Below, piece by piece: positions 29,843-42,112 of a stretch of DNA of 64,000 nt. Source of the DNA: Eledone cirrhosa (lineage: Eukaryota); assembly GCA_964016885.1 (NCBI GenBank), contig OZ024753.1, positions 39,246,001 through 39,310,000 of the forward strand, in the 5' to 3' direction. Position numbers and translations under genes: made by a program. Under the pieces are notes generated by a model that saw only the letters and a program-made list of their open reading frames with translations, did no database searches and was not told where the DNA came from. How positions within the stretch are numbered: position 1 is the stretch's first letter; each line of letters opens with the position of its first letter.

Positions 29843-30155
29843 AATAATAATAACAATAATAATAATGCTTTCTTTCTGTATTAGCCACAGAGGGCTCACA
29901 TTAAGGAGACATTAAAGACGGTACAAGATGATACATTGTGAGTTGTTTGTGTGAAATAGAATTTATAACAGAAATTCAGAAAATAAACATTTAAACAAAA
30001 AAAACAACATAAATTTCCCAAATGTGAGGAGACTCCATGGATTACACATGGAGGAAGCCCACAAAGCCCAGGGTAACCCTAACCACTAGGACAAACGCCT
30101 TCCTTCAATACTACAGGCACACGCTTAGGGTAGGCGCATTGGCGCGGGCTAACCT
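29843..30155 (-). mobile_element. 5'-truncated copy of a related Tx1-like LINE (last ORF2 codons + 3'UTR + (ATT)n tail)
   Basis: Minus strand encodes RLARANAPTLSVCL* (stop 30113-30111), matching the ORF2 end [14 protein letters not shown]. It terminates in hairpin AGCC-CTCTGT-GGCT, AATACAGAAAGAAAGC and (ATT)n. Confidence 0.8.
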
Positions 30156-30429
30156 TTGGCTGGTCGGTTGTTTTTATGGTTGGCTGGTTGGTTGGTTGGT
30201 TAATCGGGTAGGTGATTAGTACAAAGAATAACACTGACTTATAAATGACTATAAATGCTATAAATAGTATTAAACGTTATTTAGAAAGATACATAGACAA
30301 GATCCAGATGACAGGTGTCAATGTGTCCGAACACGGAAGAGCCGAACTTCCACCGTCATCTCCCCTATCTCTCTCGCCCTCCCCTGGTTGAGGGGCTTGG
30401 TAATTGACTGGGCAATCAGTTAGTAAGTT

Positions 30430-30681
30430 AGATGGTTAGTTGGTTGGTTGGATGGCTCGATGGTTAGTTGGTTGGCTGGATGGCTCGATGGTTACTTGGT
30501 TGGTTGACTGGATCGATGGTTAGTGGTTGGCTGGATGGCTCGATGGTTAGTTGGTTGGTTGACTGGATCGATGGTTACTTGGTTGGTTGACTGGCTCGAT
30601 GGTTACTTGGTTGGTTGGATGGCTCGATGGTTAGTTGGTTAGCTGGATGACTCGATGGTTAGTTGGTTGGTTGGATGGCTC
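30430..30681 (+). repeat. ~28-bp minisatellite built on (TGGT)n
   Basis: Units GATGGTTA(G/C)TTGGTTGG(T/C)TG(GA/AC)TGG(C/A)TC. Confidence 0.9.
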
Positions 30682-31133
30682 TTTAGTAAATTGTCTGATT
30701 AGTCAATGGTAACTTTAATAGTTATATAAAGGATCAGGTAGACATAGTGACTAAGTAATAACACTAATATCTGATATATGATTCTAAACTAATAAAAGTA
30801 TGTCTCCTCCCTCATATTACTCATATGCCAATACAGCAGAAATGTTTCATGATTCACAACCAACCCTGGTCTGTATTTGGTGGGGTATATTCAATACTGA
30901 AGTCATTAGAAGTGGTTTAGTAGACACTGTACAGGTACTTAAATTCAATTTGCTTCTCATTAGGTTTCTATTGAACTCCCAGCTCAGATAATATTCTAAT
31001 TGCAACTATTTCAGATCATAAATTCACTGTTTCGAATCCATAAAGATAAAGTTAATTTCCTACCACAATAAGAACCAGCATTGAATTCTGCGTGGCACTT
31101 CGGTGTTGAATCTTTCGCCTTCTTTTTCGCCTT

Positions 31134-31198
<65 letters not shown>

Positions 31199-31207
31199 CC
31201 TCTCTTT

Positions 31208-31275
<68 letters not shown>

Positions 31276-31358
31276 GGTAAACAGAAATAACAACACAATC
31301 GGTACAGTATATGGAAGGGATATGTTAGGTTAACGTTTGATATAGCAGGAAGAGGGTC

Positions 31359-31390
31359 ATAACGTTTCGGATGCTAGTCCTTCATCATAA
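31359..31390 (-). ncRNA. Minimal hammerhead-like motif, decayed (C3>A); a more decayed relative at 8301-8347 (-)
   Basis: Minus strand: AUGAUGA-A-GGA-CUAGCA-UCC-GAAACGUUA, with palindromic AACGUU. Confidence 0.5.
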
Positions 31391-33768
31391 GAAAGAATGA
31401 GAGATAAGATAGATTGAGGGGACGGGCGGGATGGAATTGGAAAAAATGTCTTTAGATACAAATAACAATTCCATTCATGTTGACATCTCTTGCATACAGA
31501 GAGAGAGAGAGATGCGGGGTTTTTAAGCATTTTTAACTACCTCGTGTTGGACTAACTATCATAGGGTCCTGGTTTCCATTCCTGGACCAGGCGGGGTATT
31601 GTTGTGTTTTTAAGCAAAATAATTTATTTCACGTCGCTTCTGTCAGGAGATTTCTTGGAATCAGTGTTGACCCTTTTCTCAAAGACCTTCTATTAGCCAT
31701 GAAGAAAAGGATCAAGCTTGATCCGCTGCTCAGAGACCAGATGATATCAGCAATGGGAAAATAAATGGAAACATTATTTCCTTGGTCCGATCAGACAATC
31801 GGTTCTTATTTATTTTATTTATTTACTTATGTGCTTACTGTCATTAAAATTACTCTTCCACGATCTAACTGCTAGTTAGCGATCTCAAAACTCAAAAGAC
31901 GGGTTCAACACTTGATTTTTCCAAACAGTGACTCAAATAGGTAGTAAATCGATTCTCTTCTATATTGGTATATTTCAGCAGAGATTTGGGAAAAAAACGA
32001 CCATTATTTTTTGTTATACTGATGTGGGCTACTGACATATTATCTAACCTTTCAATTATAATAATACAAAAAAATATACAAGAAACTATTTCATTTCTCA
32101 TGGGGATACTAAAAATTTATTCTGATGACAGAGATAAATCTCATCTGGAAATTTAGGTTATGGCAGCGTTCCTCTCTTGTGTTTATCCCAAATATTGGTT
32201 TATTACTTTTCTTTGTAGTGTTTTTTTTTTAATATTTGTTACAGACTAACAAAGATAATGGTTATAATTGTGTATAAATAAGTTTGAAAAATTTGCTTCT
32301 ATTTACATATAAAATGTCGGTGTCCTACTGAGACGCTTCTATTTCTTTACTGATAGTAATAAAATGAAACATTTCAAAAAGTACGAATTCCCTTAATGTT
32401 TAAAATTTTGAATAAATACTACACCAAATATGCATTCGGTGTCTTTGATGCTATTTCGCCGGCAACTAAGATTATTTTGCATACTAATAAAATGGTGATC
32501 ATTAATGAAATATAAGAGGGGAAAATTTAGTTTGTGAAAACTGTGTGAAAGTTCACAAGCAATTAGGGAACAGTATATTTCGAGTTCGTTTTCGTATAAA
32601 TCTAAATATGCTCCGTCGAATAAACATTATGATGAGCACCGAGAGAATACAATAAAAAGGATTTCAGACAGTCTATAACCCTAACAAATGAACAATGTTG
32701 CTGATGCTTCATTTTAGTCTCATTAAACATTATGTAAATTTTATTATGCAAAATGGAAATTAATAGAAGAAATTAGCATACATTATTTATACATGAAGAA
32801 CAATGTTTAATTAGTAGCACAAACACCCCAAAATAGGCACTATATCCATATATTATTATTGAACGGTAGTAAGAATCCAGACAAAGATTTAGAATCCTGA
32901 GAGAAATGTAGGTTTGGTTACTCGGATGATATGGCTTGGCATTTGTTTTTGGTTCACTGGGTTCTGAGCTCAAATCACACTGACGTTAAATCTATCTGCC
33001 AATTGTTTATGGATCGATAAATAACCTACCAAACTCAGAAGTGGTGGACTGACTGAATTATTAATGAGTCGGTTATGTTGCTTTTGGTATTTGATCAAGC
33101 TCTTTGCATTCTGATTTCTAATTTTCCTTGATTCTACCTGGAGTTGAGACCGGCATATAATGTTCTAATTTTTCGATCAATAAACCAGCATGCTCGAAAA
33201 ATTAGCGTTCAAGTGGCTAAGCCATGATATAATTCTCAGGGAGATTCAGTATGACAAATCGAGTTACAAAGCTGGCTATTGACATTACCGGTAGAATCAA
33301 TTCATTGAGTTTGCAAACGGTTTCCGTTCAATTTAATCTATGTTGGTATTGTGGTTATAATGATGGGAGGTGCTGGTGTTTTGTGGTGGTGACTTCTGTG
33401 CTGGAGTGATAGTGTTGGCATGAGTTGGTCGTGGTGATCATTGGTGGTGGTGGTGGTGGTGCAGGTATCAGTTATCACGGTGATGGTTACGGTACTGGTA
33501 GTGGTGATGATGGTGGTACTTCCGACGTTGGTGTTGGCGGTGGGGGTATTGATGCATGTGGTGTCAATGTGGGGGTGTCTGTTGCTTGTTGGCGTTGATG
33601 AAGTTGTTGTAGCTGTTGCTGTTGTTGTTATTGGTGGTGGTTTTAGAAGACCCATCAGTATAACATTGTTAGAGATCCGATTCTTGTTTAGCACTGACAA
33701 AACACACCAGTTAAATCATTGGGAAAAGCAAAATGATGATAATAAGCATACATATATATATATGTGCG

Positions 33769-33800
<32 letters not shown>

Positions 33801-33850
33801 CACACACACACACACATATATATATATTTATATAGAAAGAGAGGGGGAGA

Positions 33851-34002
33851 GAGAAGAAGAAGAAGAAGAAGAAGAAGAAGAAGAAGAAGAAGAAGAAGAA
33901 GAAGAAGAAGAAGAAGAAGAAGAAGAAGAAGAAGAAGAAGAAGAAGAAGAAGAAGAAGAAGAAGAAGAAGAAGAAGAAGAAGAAGAAGAAGAAGAAGAAG
34001 AA
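33851..34002 (+). repeat. Long perfect (GAA)n tract
   Basis: About 50 uninterrupted units. Confidence 0.95.
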
Positions 34003-34531
34003 AGAAAGAAATTTTGTGAAATGGAAATTTTTTTTATTGAAAAAAAATTTTACAATTTTTTTTTCAATGATGAAAATAAAATAGGAAAAAAATATAAAAT
34101 TGAACACAATCAATAAATTTAATTCTGCTAGTTTTCGATTTTTCATTTCGATTTCTCTATTTTTCTATTCTATATATATATTTCAACTGTTTGCTTATTA
34201 TTTTATTCTATTATTTTATTTTAATTTTTTTATAGAATTTCATTATTCGTATCGATTTTTATTATTAGTAATATTATTGTTATTATTATTATCCTTATTG
34301 CGAGTGCCTGCTACATGGAAATGGTGAACCGTGAGCCATAATTCCTTCAATTGTACAACATGAATTATAATATGAGCTCTAATTTGGTATTGGTATCGTA
34401 CAATAACACTGAAATACCAGCAACCTACTTACTAAAATTCACACCCGCACATGTACGAATATGCAGATATATATATACACACACACATATATACAAATAT
34501 CTACATATCTACAATCATGCATTCAAACACA

Positions 34532-34618
<87 letters not shown>

Positions 34619-34654
34619 ATATACATATATACATACATATAAATACACACACGC

Positions 34655-34695
<41 letters not shown>

Positions 34696-35017
34696 TGTAT
34701 ATATACATATATACATACATATACATATATATACATATATATATATATATACATACATACATACATACATATATATATATAGTAATAATAATAAATTTGA
34801 AGACTAAAATCCGAAGAACACTCGATAAGGATAAATATATATCAAATATATAAGACCCGTAGAGCAAATATTTTAATAAATATATATATATATATATATA
34901 CACATGCATACAAAAACACTCGTATATGTATATATATAAACATATGTGTACACATATACATACATGCATTAGTACATGCATACATATATACTCACATACA
35001 TATATACTTATGTACAT

Positions 35018-35611
35018 GGTGGCTGCCAACTCGTTTTGGAGTACGGCCACTACTTTATATCCATGTAGGAGAACTCCTACCGATGCGCTGAACGAGTGTG
35101 ACTTTTTAGTCCAGCCAGCGACTTGAAAACTCTGGTACAAACACTACACTTGTGACAATTATTGACACATAGTGCTGGGCCCATGGTACCTTGTGACGAC
35201 AAGTGCAGAGAGATCTCCAGATATAAAGCAATGCCTGTGCCGTGAAGCTTTTATAGTGAGCAAAGGCACTGCACAAAGCCAGTCCCACGCACTTAACCAA
35301 GATGATATTTACCAAAAAGAAGAACAAGTCAACATCATTGGATACCATCAGAGTTGCAGGTGTTATATCAGAGTTTTCCTCCTCCTAGAATTCTGCCTTG
35401 GCAAAGGCTAAGGGGTCATCTCTGCCGGTGATTTTGGATGGCCATTGACTCTTAAGAGCTCCTTTTCCCTTTGACAGGTTTTGTTTTTAGTCCTGCAGGA
35501 TGTCCAAAGTCACCCTCCTCACCAAGAAACCTTGGTGGGGTTGTCAGTTTAGTCGCCAACGACCCGACCATGGGACAGGTTGGACTGCAATACATGTTAC
35601 CAGTAGCACCA
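35018..35611 (-). mobile_element. Non-autonomous ~594-bp retroposon (resembles an RTE-type 5'UTR + 3' end) with a 12-bp TSD
   Basis: ACTTATGTACAT at 35006-35017 and 35612-35623. Its 3' ~360 bp are nearly identical, inverted, to 28593-28952. Confidence 0.8.
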
Positions 35612-35691
35612 ACTTATGTACATACATGCACACATAAATACATACATACACATACATACATACATGCATACAACCCTACATACAGACACAC

Positions 35692-35728
<37 letters not shown>

Positions 35729-35885
35729 CGTGTGTTCACCTGTCATACGACAGATGCGTGGAGAGATTCTGCACACGCTCTATATTGATCGTCTCCCTGT
35801 GTATTTCAGCCGATTTGTTCAACAATTTCTTACAGTTATGAACTATTATTATAGTTATCTGCATTGTGACGACTATAATATTTTC

Positions 35886-35937
<52 letters not shown>

Positions 35938-36242
35938 TTGCTCTACGGTTCTTATATATTTCATATATATTTATCCTAATCGAGCCTTCTTTGGATTTTA
36001 GTCTTCCATTTTATTATTATTATTATTATTATTGACGAAAGTGGATGTACGTTTTTTGAAGCTCCGTGAGTAAGCAATTTTTGAGGATTAATTGTAGAGA
36101 ATTGTTTATTTTTTGTACCGCTGAAGCATTATAAGACATTAATTTGTATCCTGTGAAGGAATAACTCATAATATTTGGGCCTTTTGGCCCAAATATTTGA
36201 ACTTTATTTTGGAAAAAAAAAAAATTTTTTTCTCAAAAAAAC

Positions 36243-38152
36243 ATGGCGGAGCCACGCCCCCTAGAGGCGGGTCTGCTGTCGTACAACGGCGACTTGAGCG
36301 TTGAGAGGAGAGGTGAGGCGAGGAGCGCCACCAGCACGAATGTGAGCAGCGACAGTGCCAGCACCAACGGGCCGAGCGGCGCGGAAGGTGGTAACAGCGA
36401 CAACACCAACACCAACAAGCCGAACAGCGCAGAAGGTGGTAATAGCGAGAGCACCAACAAAACGAACAGCACAGAGAGTAATAGTAGCGACAGCAGCAGC
36501 ACCAACAAGGCCAACAGCACAGAAGGTAACCACGACACAGGGGAGAACAACAACAGCAATAGCAGCAGCAACACCAACAAGAACAACAACAGTGACAACA
36601 CCAACAAGAACACTTTCGCTGCTGTGGCAGCGGCTAAAAGGAGACCATGCTACAGCATCGACTTAACCAACAGAGAGGAAAAGTTGGCCCAGGCCTGGAA
36701 AATCATAAATCAAGAGCAGACCTGGGCAAACTTAACTGTCCCGGCAGAAGCCATTGAGGCAGTGGAAAAAAGAACGGTGCATTTCAGATGCATCTCAGTA
36801 GAGACAAAGAGGGCAGCGATAATCGCCCAAGCTGACATAGAAGCCGCACTGAAATACATCAGAGAGGACACAGACTTCATAGAGAGGGGCAGGCAATACG
36901 GCACCGTTTCGGTGCTGTTCAAGTCTGAAGCCCTCGCTGTGAAGCATTCAATGACCCCTTGCAAAACCAGCAAGGTCATAATGTACCCCTCCCACATGGG
37001 AAAACGAATAGCACGTGTGCGCATTCCCAGGATTCCACCAGGACTTGATATGTGGTGGCTCCTGGGTTGCGTAATCGTGGAAGGAACGGATACAGTCCCG
37101 GTAGAGGCAACGAGAACTGCCAGGGACGACTGGTCCGGGGTTGATCTGGAGATACTGCTCCAAATCAGACCCGAAAACGTAAAAACAATCCCGGACCACA
37201 TCCGCCTCCAAAACGGGAGGGTGTTGCATATAATGACTGAGGGCAAAAGGCCGCATTGTTTCCTTTGTGGGGAAACGACACACTTGCGAGCCTTCTGCCC
37301 TCAACTGCCGAAAAGCGCAAGGGGTCGAAAGATTCCACTGCTGGCGACGCCGGGACAAGGACCACCAGCAACACCGTCAACAATGGAACCACCAAAATTG
37401 CACACCCAGGGGGGAAACGAGGAAAGCTCTCCCATTCCCCCTCCCCCCCAAAATACACACACGAACAAGAACATAAACACTCACTCAGACACAAACACGC
37501 TCACAGCCACAGACCCCTCATCCTCCAGCAGTGAAGATGAGGGAAAACCAAAGTCCCCCAAAATACAAAAAACAAAACACAAAAAAAAAGAAATCCACAA
37601 AGCACAAACACCCCCACAAAAAAAAATACACACACCACCCACACAAACATTTTCCCCACAGCATCACCAACACAACCACCAAAATCCCCCAAACGCAAAC
37701 AAGCTAAACAGACACAAGAACAAATAGACACACAAACATCAGAAACTACAGACACCCCACCCACAACAAACGCAGACACAATAGAAACAACACTAACAAA
37801 GCTATCACCACCACAATCACACGAACAAATAAAACCCGAGCAACAAAACATTAAAAACTTCGTGCTTGCCAGAAGGGCCAACAAGGAATTGATGGCCCAT
37901 GTAGCACGAAGCACAAACATCGAAAAAGACGGGGAAACATTTGAAGCGAGCACATTTCGCGTACCAGATAATTTGCTTCTGATGCGAATGTCGCTCGCTT
38001 CATACAAAGAAATTCGAAAGAGCTTTCCTCGGGATGTGGGAACCCCGAACGTAAAACCCACGTCAAGACTATTAAAGGGGTTCCCAAAAGAAACCCCACA
38101 AACCATGGAGGTCGAACCACCCGACCTTCACAAGACCCCGGAAGGTAAGTAA
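36243..38152 (+). CDS. LINE ORF1p (gag-like, CCHC zinc knuckle), split by a -1 frameshift between 37541 and 37727
   Basis: 36243-37727 has an S/N/T-rich repeated N-terminus, a TFAAVAA motif and the knuckle CFLCGETTHLRAFC. The -1 frame is open from 37541 to TAA at 38152 (PKSPKRKQAKQ...NFVLARRANKELM...), ending 29 nt before the ORF2 ATG. Confidence 0.85.
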
Positions 38153-38181
38153 ACCTTTCCTCTCCCATTCATCCTGCCAGC

Positions 38182-41100
38182 ATGGCCATAAGAGTAGGAA
38201 GTTTAAATGTTCGTGGCCTGGGGTCGCCCTGGAAGCAAGGTCACTTGCTCAACGACCTCAGGTCACTAGGAATGGATGTAATTGCCATCAGCGAGACCAG
38301 AATTTCCGACACACGCGCACTGGCGCCGATTTTCGACGATTATCAGATCTTTGCATCTGTTAGTCGGCCGGGAATGGGAGGTGGAGTGGCTGTGCTGTTT
38401 AGGAAATGTCTGGATCTCGAGGTAAGGTCAATCTTCCGGGATCCTGACGGAAAGTTGGTGGTCCTGGACGTGAGCAATAGCGAAGGTGGTGCCTTTAGAC
38501 TGGTGGCCGTCTACGCCCCTACTGGGGCCGGTCGGCCGGACTTCTTTAGGCGCCTGGAAAACTTTCTGCTTACGTCTCGCCCTTTACTGTTAATAGGGGA
38601 TTGGAATGGCATCTTAGAAGCACGCTGGGATTGTGTGGGAGTATCTGATAGGAGCGGGGGGTGCAAAAGCCTCAAGTACCTGATCAGCCAGTTTCAACTG
38701 TCTGACAGGTACCGACTAGATTTCCCTAATGCGCCAGTATGGACCTGGACCAATCGCATAGGGTCATCTAGATCGTACATAGATAGGATTTTCATTAGGA
38801 AAAGAGATAGAAATAGTGTAGGATGTCCACATTTTAAAACGGTTGCCTATTCAGATCACAAGCTTGTGATCTGTATGGTCGACCTAGATAAGACACGTAG
38901 GTTAGGACCTAGCTACTGGAAGCTAAACATGTCGTTTCCGGCACGTAAAGCTTACAGGGACCGGGTCAACAACTTAGTTAAGCAAAAGTTGACAGGGGGG
39001 GTTGTCAACAACAGGTGGTGGGGGGCACTCAAAAGAGAGATTAGAGCAACCTCGATAGGATTTAGCAAAGAAGTAGCAATAGAGAAAAATAGAAAGGAGG
39101 AGGGGCTGATAGCTAAGTTAGACGAGGCTATTTGTAGTGGCATTGCAACAGACGTGCTAGCGGCGAGAATGGCACTAGACCATTTCTTCAATGCGAAACA
39201 CGAAGGTTGCATTGTCAGAGCTAAGGCGCGTGCTCTGAGGAACGAGGGAACCAAAGCTGCCCGATGGGCTCGCTTTGCAGAGACGCAGCGTGGAAATAAA
39301 ACCACAATTCGGTCTTTGACGGATCGAGATGGACACGAACTGAGCGATTCCAAGCAGATGTGTGAGGCCTTTCGCCAGCACTTTGCTCGATTGTTCGGGA
39401 GGATGGGTGAGTCGGAGACGGCGGCGGACTTCAGTCCCTACCTCGACGGCTTGCCACGCCTCTCGACGGCCGACGCTGAGCGCTGCGAAGAGCCGATAAC
39501 ATCAGCCGAAATTCAGGACGCCCTTGTCGGCTGCTCGAGTCGCAAGTCACCCGGTTTGGATGGTCTGCCCTACGAGCTTTACGTAAATATGCCAGACTTG
39601 TTCTCCGATCTCCTCGAAGCGCTCTACTGCAACTGGCAGCAGAACGGGAGCATTCCCAGTTCTGTGAGCCGTGGCGTAGTGACGCTGATAAGGAAAGACG
39701 AGAACAAGAGGGACACACTAGATAATTTCAGGCCCATAACCCTGCTCAACACAGAGTTTAAGATTTTGGCCAAGGTGTTAGCGAAAAGGTTGGCGCTTGT
39801 CGTCAAAGATTTGGTTGGGGAGGCGCAAACTTGCGCAATCCCGACCAGGTCCATACACGACAACCTCCACCTCATGCGATACATCATAGAGAGGGTTGGG
39901 TGCAAACCTGGCTTCGGTGGGGCTCTGATCAATTTAGATCAATCGAAAGCATTCGATAGGGTCGACCATCGGTACTTGGAGGCTGTCCTCGAGGCGGCTG
40001 GCTTCGGCCCCGTCTTCAGAAGCTGGATCGCTGCAATGTACAGCGGCATCCGCTCGGTGGTCAAAGTTAATGGCCACCTCTCGGAACCGTTTCAGATCTC
40101 TCGATCGGTCCGTCAAGGGTGCCCTCTCTCCTCACTTCTGTACGTATTGACTCTTGAGCCTCTACTGCGGAAGCTGGAGTTGTTGCAGGGCATCCCGCTC
40201 GAACCGGGACGTAGAAAGGCTGCGTCCGCTTATGCGGACGACATCACCGTGATGGTGTCGGACACCTCGGAAATCGAGGTGATCCGCACCCATTTGGAGG
40301 AATATGAAAGGTTGACGGGAGCAAAACTTAACCCGGAAAAGTCGGTGGGCTTGCAGCTCGGCACCTGGAGAGGCAAGTCCATGCCGTCCAACAGCGTCGT
40401 TGGGCGCTGGACAGACGGACCGGTAAAGTTGCTCGGGGTTTGGTTCGGACCAGACCTCCAGGTGGATAAGAATTGGGACGAGGTGACGAGCAGGATAGCC
40501 AACCTCACCCAGAAATGGGCTGAGAGAAAGCTATCACTGAAAGGGCGGGCGGAGGTGGCGAACGCGTACATCGCGTCCGTCATCTACTACCGCCTGACCG
40601 TCGTGCCTTGCCCCCGTCCACGCCTCGCCAATTTGGAACGGCTCCTTTTCAAATTTTTGTGGAGGGGACGGGTCCCGTTGGTGAGGCGGTCCATCTGCTG
40701 CCAGCACCCTCTTCGTGGAGGGCTGGGCATGCCGTGGCTAATGATGCGCAGACATGCGCTGAGGCTGCGACATCTCCAGATATTTTGCCTAAACGGTGAA
40801 CAGGTGTGGTCGCCGTTTGTTAGACGGGCCTTTCCGCAGCTCATCTCTTTGACTGAGCTGCAGTCCTGGGTCAAGAAGAGACCGAGACTGGGCGACTGGC
40901 ATCTGGAATGTTGCCAGGCGCTCACTGCACTCTGCAAGGTGGGCAATGCGGTCAGTGGAACTTCCACTCAAGATTTCTATAGAGGATTAGTGGAGGGCAA
41001 GTGCGATGACGTACTAGGAGAGGCTCTGGGCGTCAACGAAGTAGAACTGACCAGTATGTTCCGGAGGACTTTCGAGCCGGGGACGATGGATAACTTCCAG

Positions 41101-41601
41101 AAATCCCTCGCTTGGCAGTGCTACCGGGGGGCGCTGCCGGTTCGGGATAAACTCTACAGGCACGGAAGTGCTGTCAGACGAACCTGCCCGAGATGCGCGC
41201 AGAGCGACGAAACCGTTCTGCACGCACTCGTCCAGTGTCCGTGCATTGCTGACTTGTGGGGTTATGTCGAACAGCTATTGTCGCGTGTAGAACGGATCCG
41301 GCTATCGTCCGAGTCCATAGTGAAGATTGACCCGCCGCCTTCTTTTGGTCAGGAAGGGCAGGCAATTTTCCTCTGCCTGGTGGCAGTAGCGAAAGAGGTT
41401 GCATGGTGGACCAGGTTGAAAGGACTGAAGACAGACACTTTTCTCTTCGGCCAATCCCTCATCAACTTCTTCAAGTTTCACTTGGAAAGGAAGGTGAGGG
41501 TGGAGAGAGAAGTGCTGCCCCCCAGTACATTTACTGAAAGGTGGGTGAATGTGGCGAGAATGGCCCGCGTGAGTGGGCCTACTCTGATCATGCGCCTGTA
41601 G
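38182..41601 (+). CDS. LINE ORF2p: apurinic-like endonuclease + reverse transcriptase + C-terminal zinc finger, 1139 aa, uninterrupted
   Basis: APE motifs [32 protein letters not shown]; linker YWKLN; RT motifs [48 protein letters not shown]; C-terminal CPRC-x8-H-x4-C. These fit the Tx1/L1 group. Confidence 0.97.
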   Translation: MAIRVGSLNVRGLGSPWKQGHLLNDLRSLGMDVIAISETRISDTRALAPIFDDYQIFASVSRPGMGGGVAVLFRKCLDLEVRSIFRDPDGKLVVLDVSNSEGGAFRLVAVYAPTGAGRPDFFRRLENFLLTSRPLLLIGDWNGILEARWDCVGVSDRSGGCKSLKYLISQFQLSDRYRLDFPNAPVWTWTNRIGSSRSYIDRIFIRKRDRNSVGCPHFKTVAYSDHKLVICMVDLDKTRRLGPSYWKLNMSFPARKAYRDRVNNLVKQKLTGGVVNNRWWGALKREIRATSIGFSKEVAIEKNRKEEGLIAKLDEAICSGIATDVLAARMALDHFFNAKHEGCIVRAKARALRNEGTKAARWARFAETQRGNKTTIRSLTDRDGHELSDSKQMCEAFRQHFARLFGRMGESETAADFSPYLDGLPRLSTADAERCEEPITSAEIQDALVGCSSRKSPGLDGLPYELYVNMPDLFSDLLEALYCNWQQNGSIPSSVSRGVVTLIRKDENKRDTLDNFRPITLLNTEFKILAKVLAKRLALVVKDLVGEAQTCAIPTRSIHDNLHLMRYIIERVGCKPGFGGALINLDQSKAFDRVDHRYLEAVLEAAGFGPVFRSWIAAMYSGIRSVVKVNGHLSEPFQISRSVRQGCPLSSLLYVLTLEPLLRKLELLQGIPLEPGRRKAASAYADDITVMVSDTSEIEVIRTHLEEYERLTGAKLNPEKSVGLQLGTWRGKSMPSNSVVGRWTDGPVKLLGVWFGPDLQVDKNWDEVTSRIANLTQKWAERKLSLKGRAEVANAYIASVIYYRLTVVPCPRPRLANLERLLFKFLWRGRVPLVRRSICCQHPLRGGLGMPWLMMRRHALRLRHLQIFCLNGEQVWSPFVRRAFPQLISLTELQSWVKKRPRLGDWHLECCQALTALCKVGNAVSGTSTQDFYRGLVEGKCDDVLGEALGVNEVELTSMFRRTFEPGTMDNFQKSLAWQCYRGALPVRDKLYRHGSAVRRTCPRCAQSDETVLHALVQCPCIADLWGYVEQLLSRVERIRLSSESIVKIDPPPSFGQEGQAIFLCLVAVAKEVAWWTRLKGLKTDTFLFGQSLINFFKFHLERKVRVEREVLPPSTFTERWVNVARMARVSGPTLIMRL

Positions 41602-41879
41602 GCTGGTGAATTCGAGAAGGAGAGGGGTGCCCTTCCCGGGTGCCCTAGGAGCGTCGGGTGGCTCAGGACTGGTGGGGTGCTTGAGTCAACCCTGGGTGGT
41701 GATCCCTCTTATTGGGGAACTTTCATTGTTGTATTTTTATTGTTATTTTGTTTTTGTTTTTTTGTTATTTATACTTACTCGATCTCTATGTAAACCCCCA
41801 CTGTCCCTGTCTATTGTGTTGTCCCCTATATGTCGGCCCTTGTGGCCAATAAATGAAATCATTATTATTATTACTATTA

Positions 41880-42020
<141 letters not shown>

Positions 42021-42062
42021 CATGTATATATATATATACATGTATATATATATATATATTTT

Positions 42063-42112
<50 letters not shown>

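Larger units (their letters stand above)
36034..41872 (+). mobile_element. Near full-length Tx1/L1-group non-LTR retrotransposon (5'UTR, ORF1, ORF2, 3'UTR)
   Basis: GC-richer island holding a zinc-knuckle ORF1 and an APE-RT-ZnF ORF2. The 3'UTR ends in hairpin GGCC-CTTGT-GGCC (41835-41847), AATAAA and (ATT)4. The 5' boundary is placed just after (ATT)7 at 36013-36033 (inferred). Confidence 0.93.

Noticed and set aside
36233-41404. Antisense and alternate-frame ORFs overlapping the LINE
   Set aside because: Shadows of GC-rich coding sequence with no recognisable motifs.
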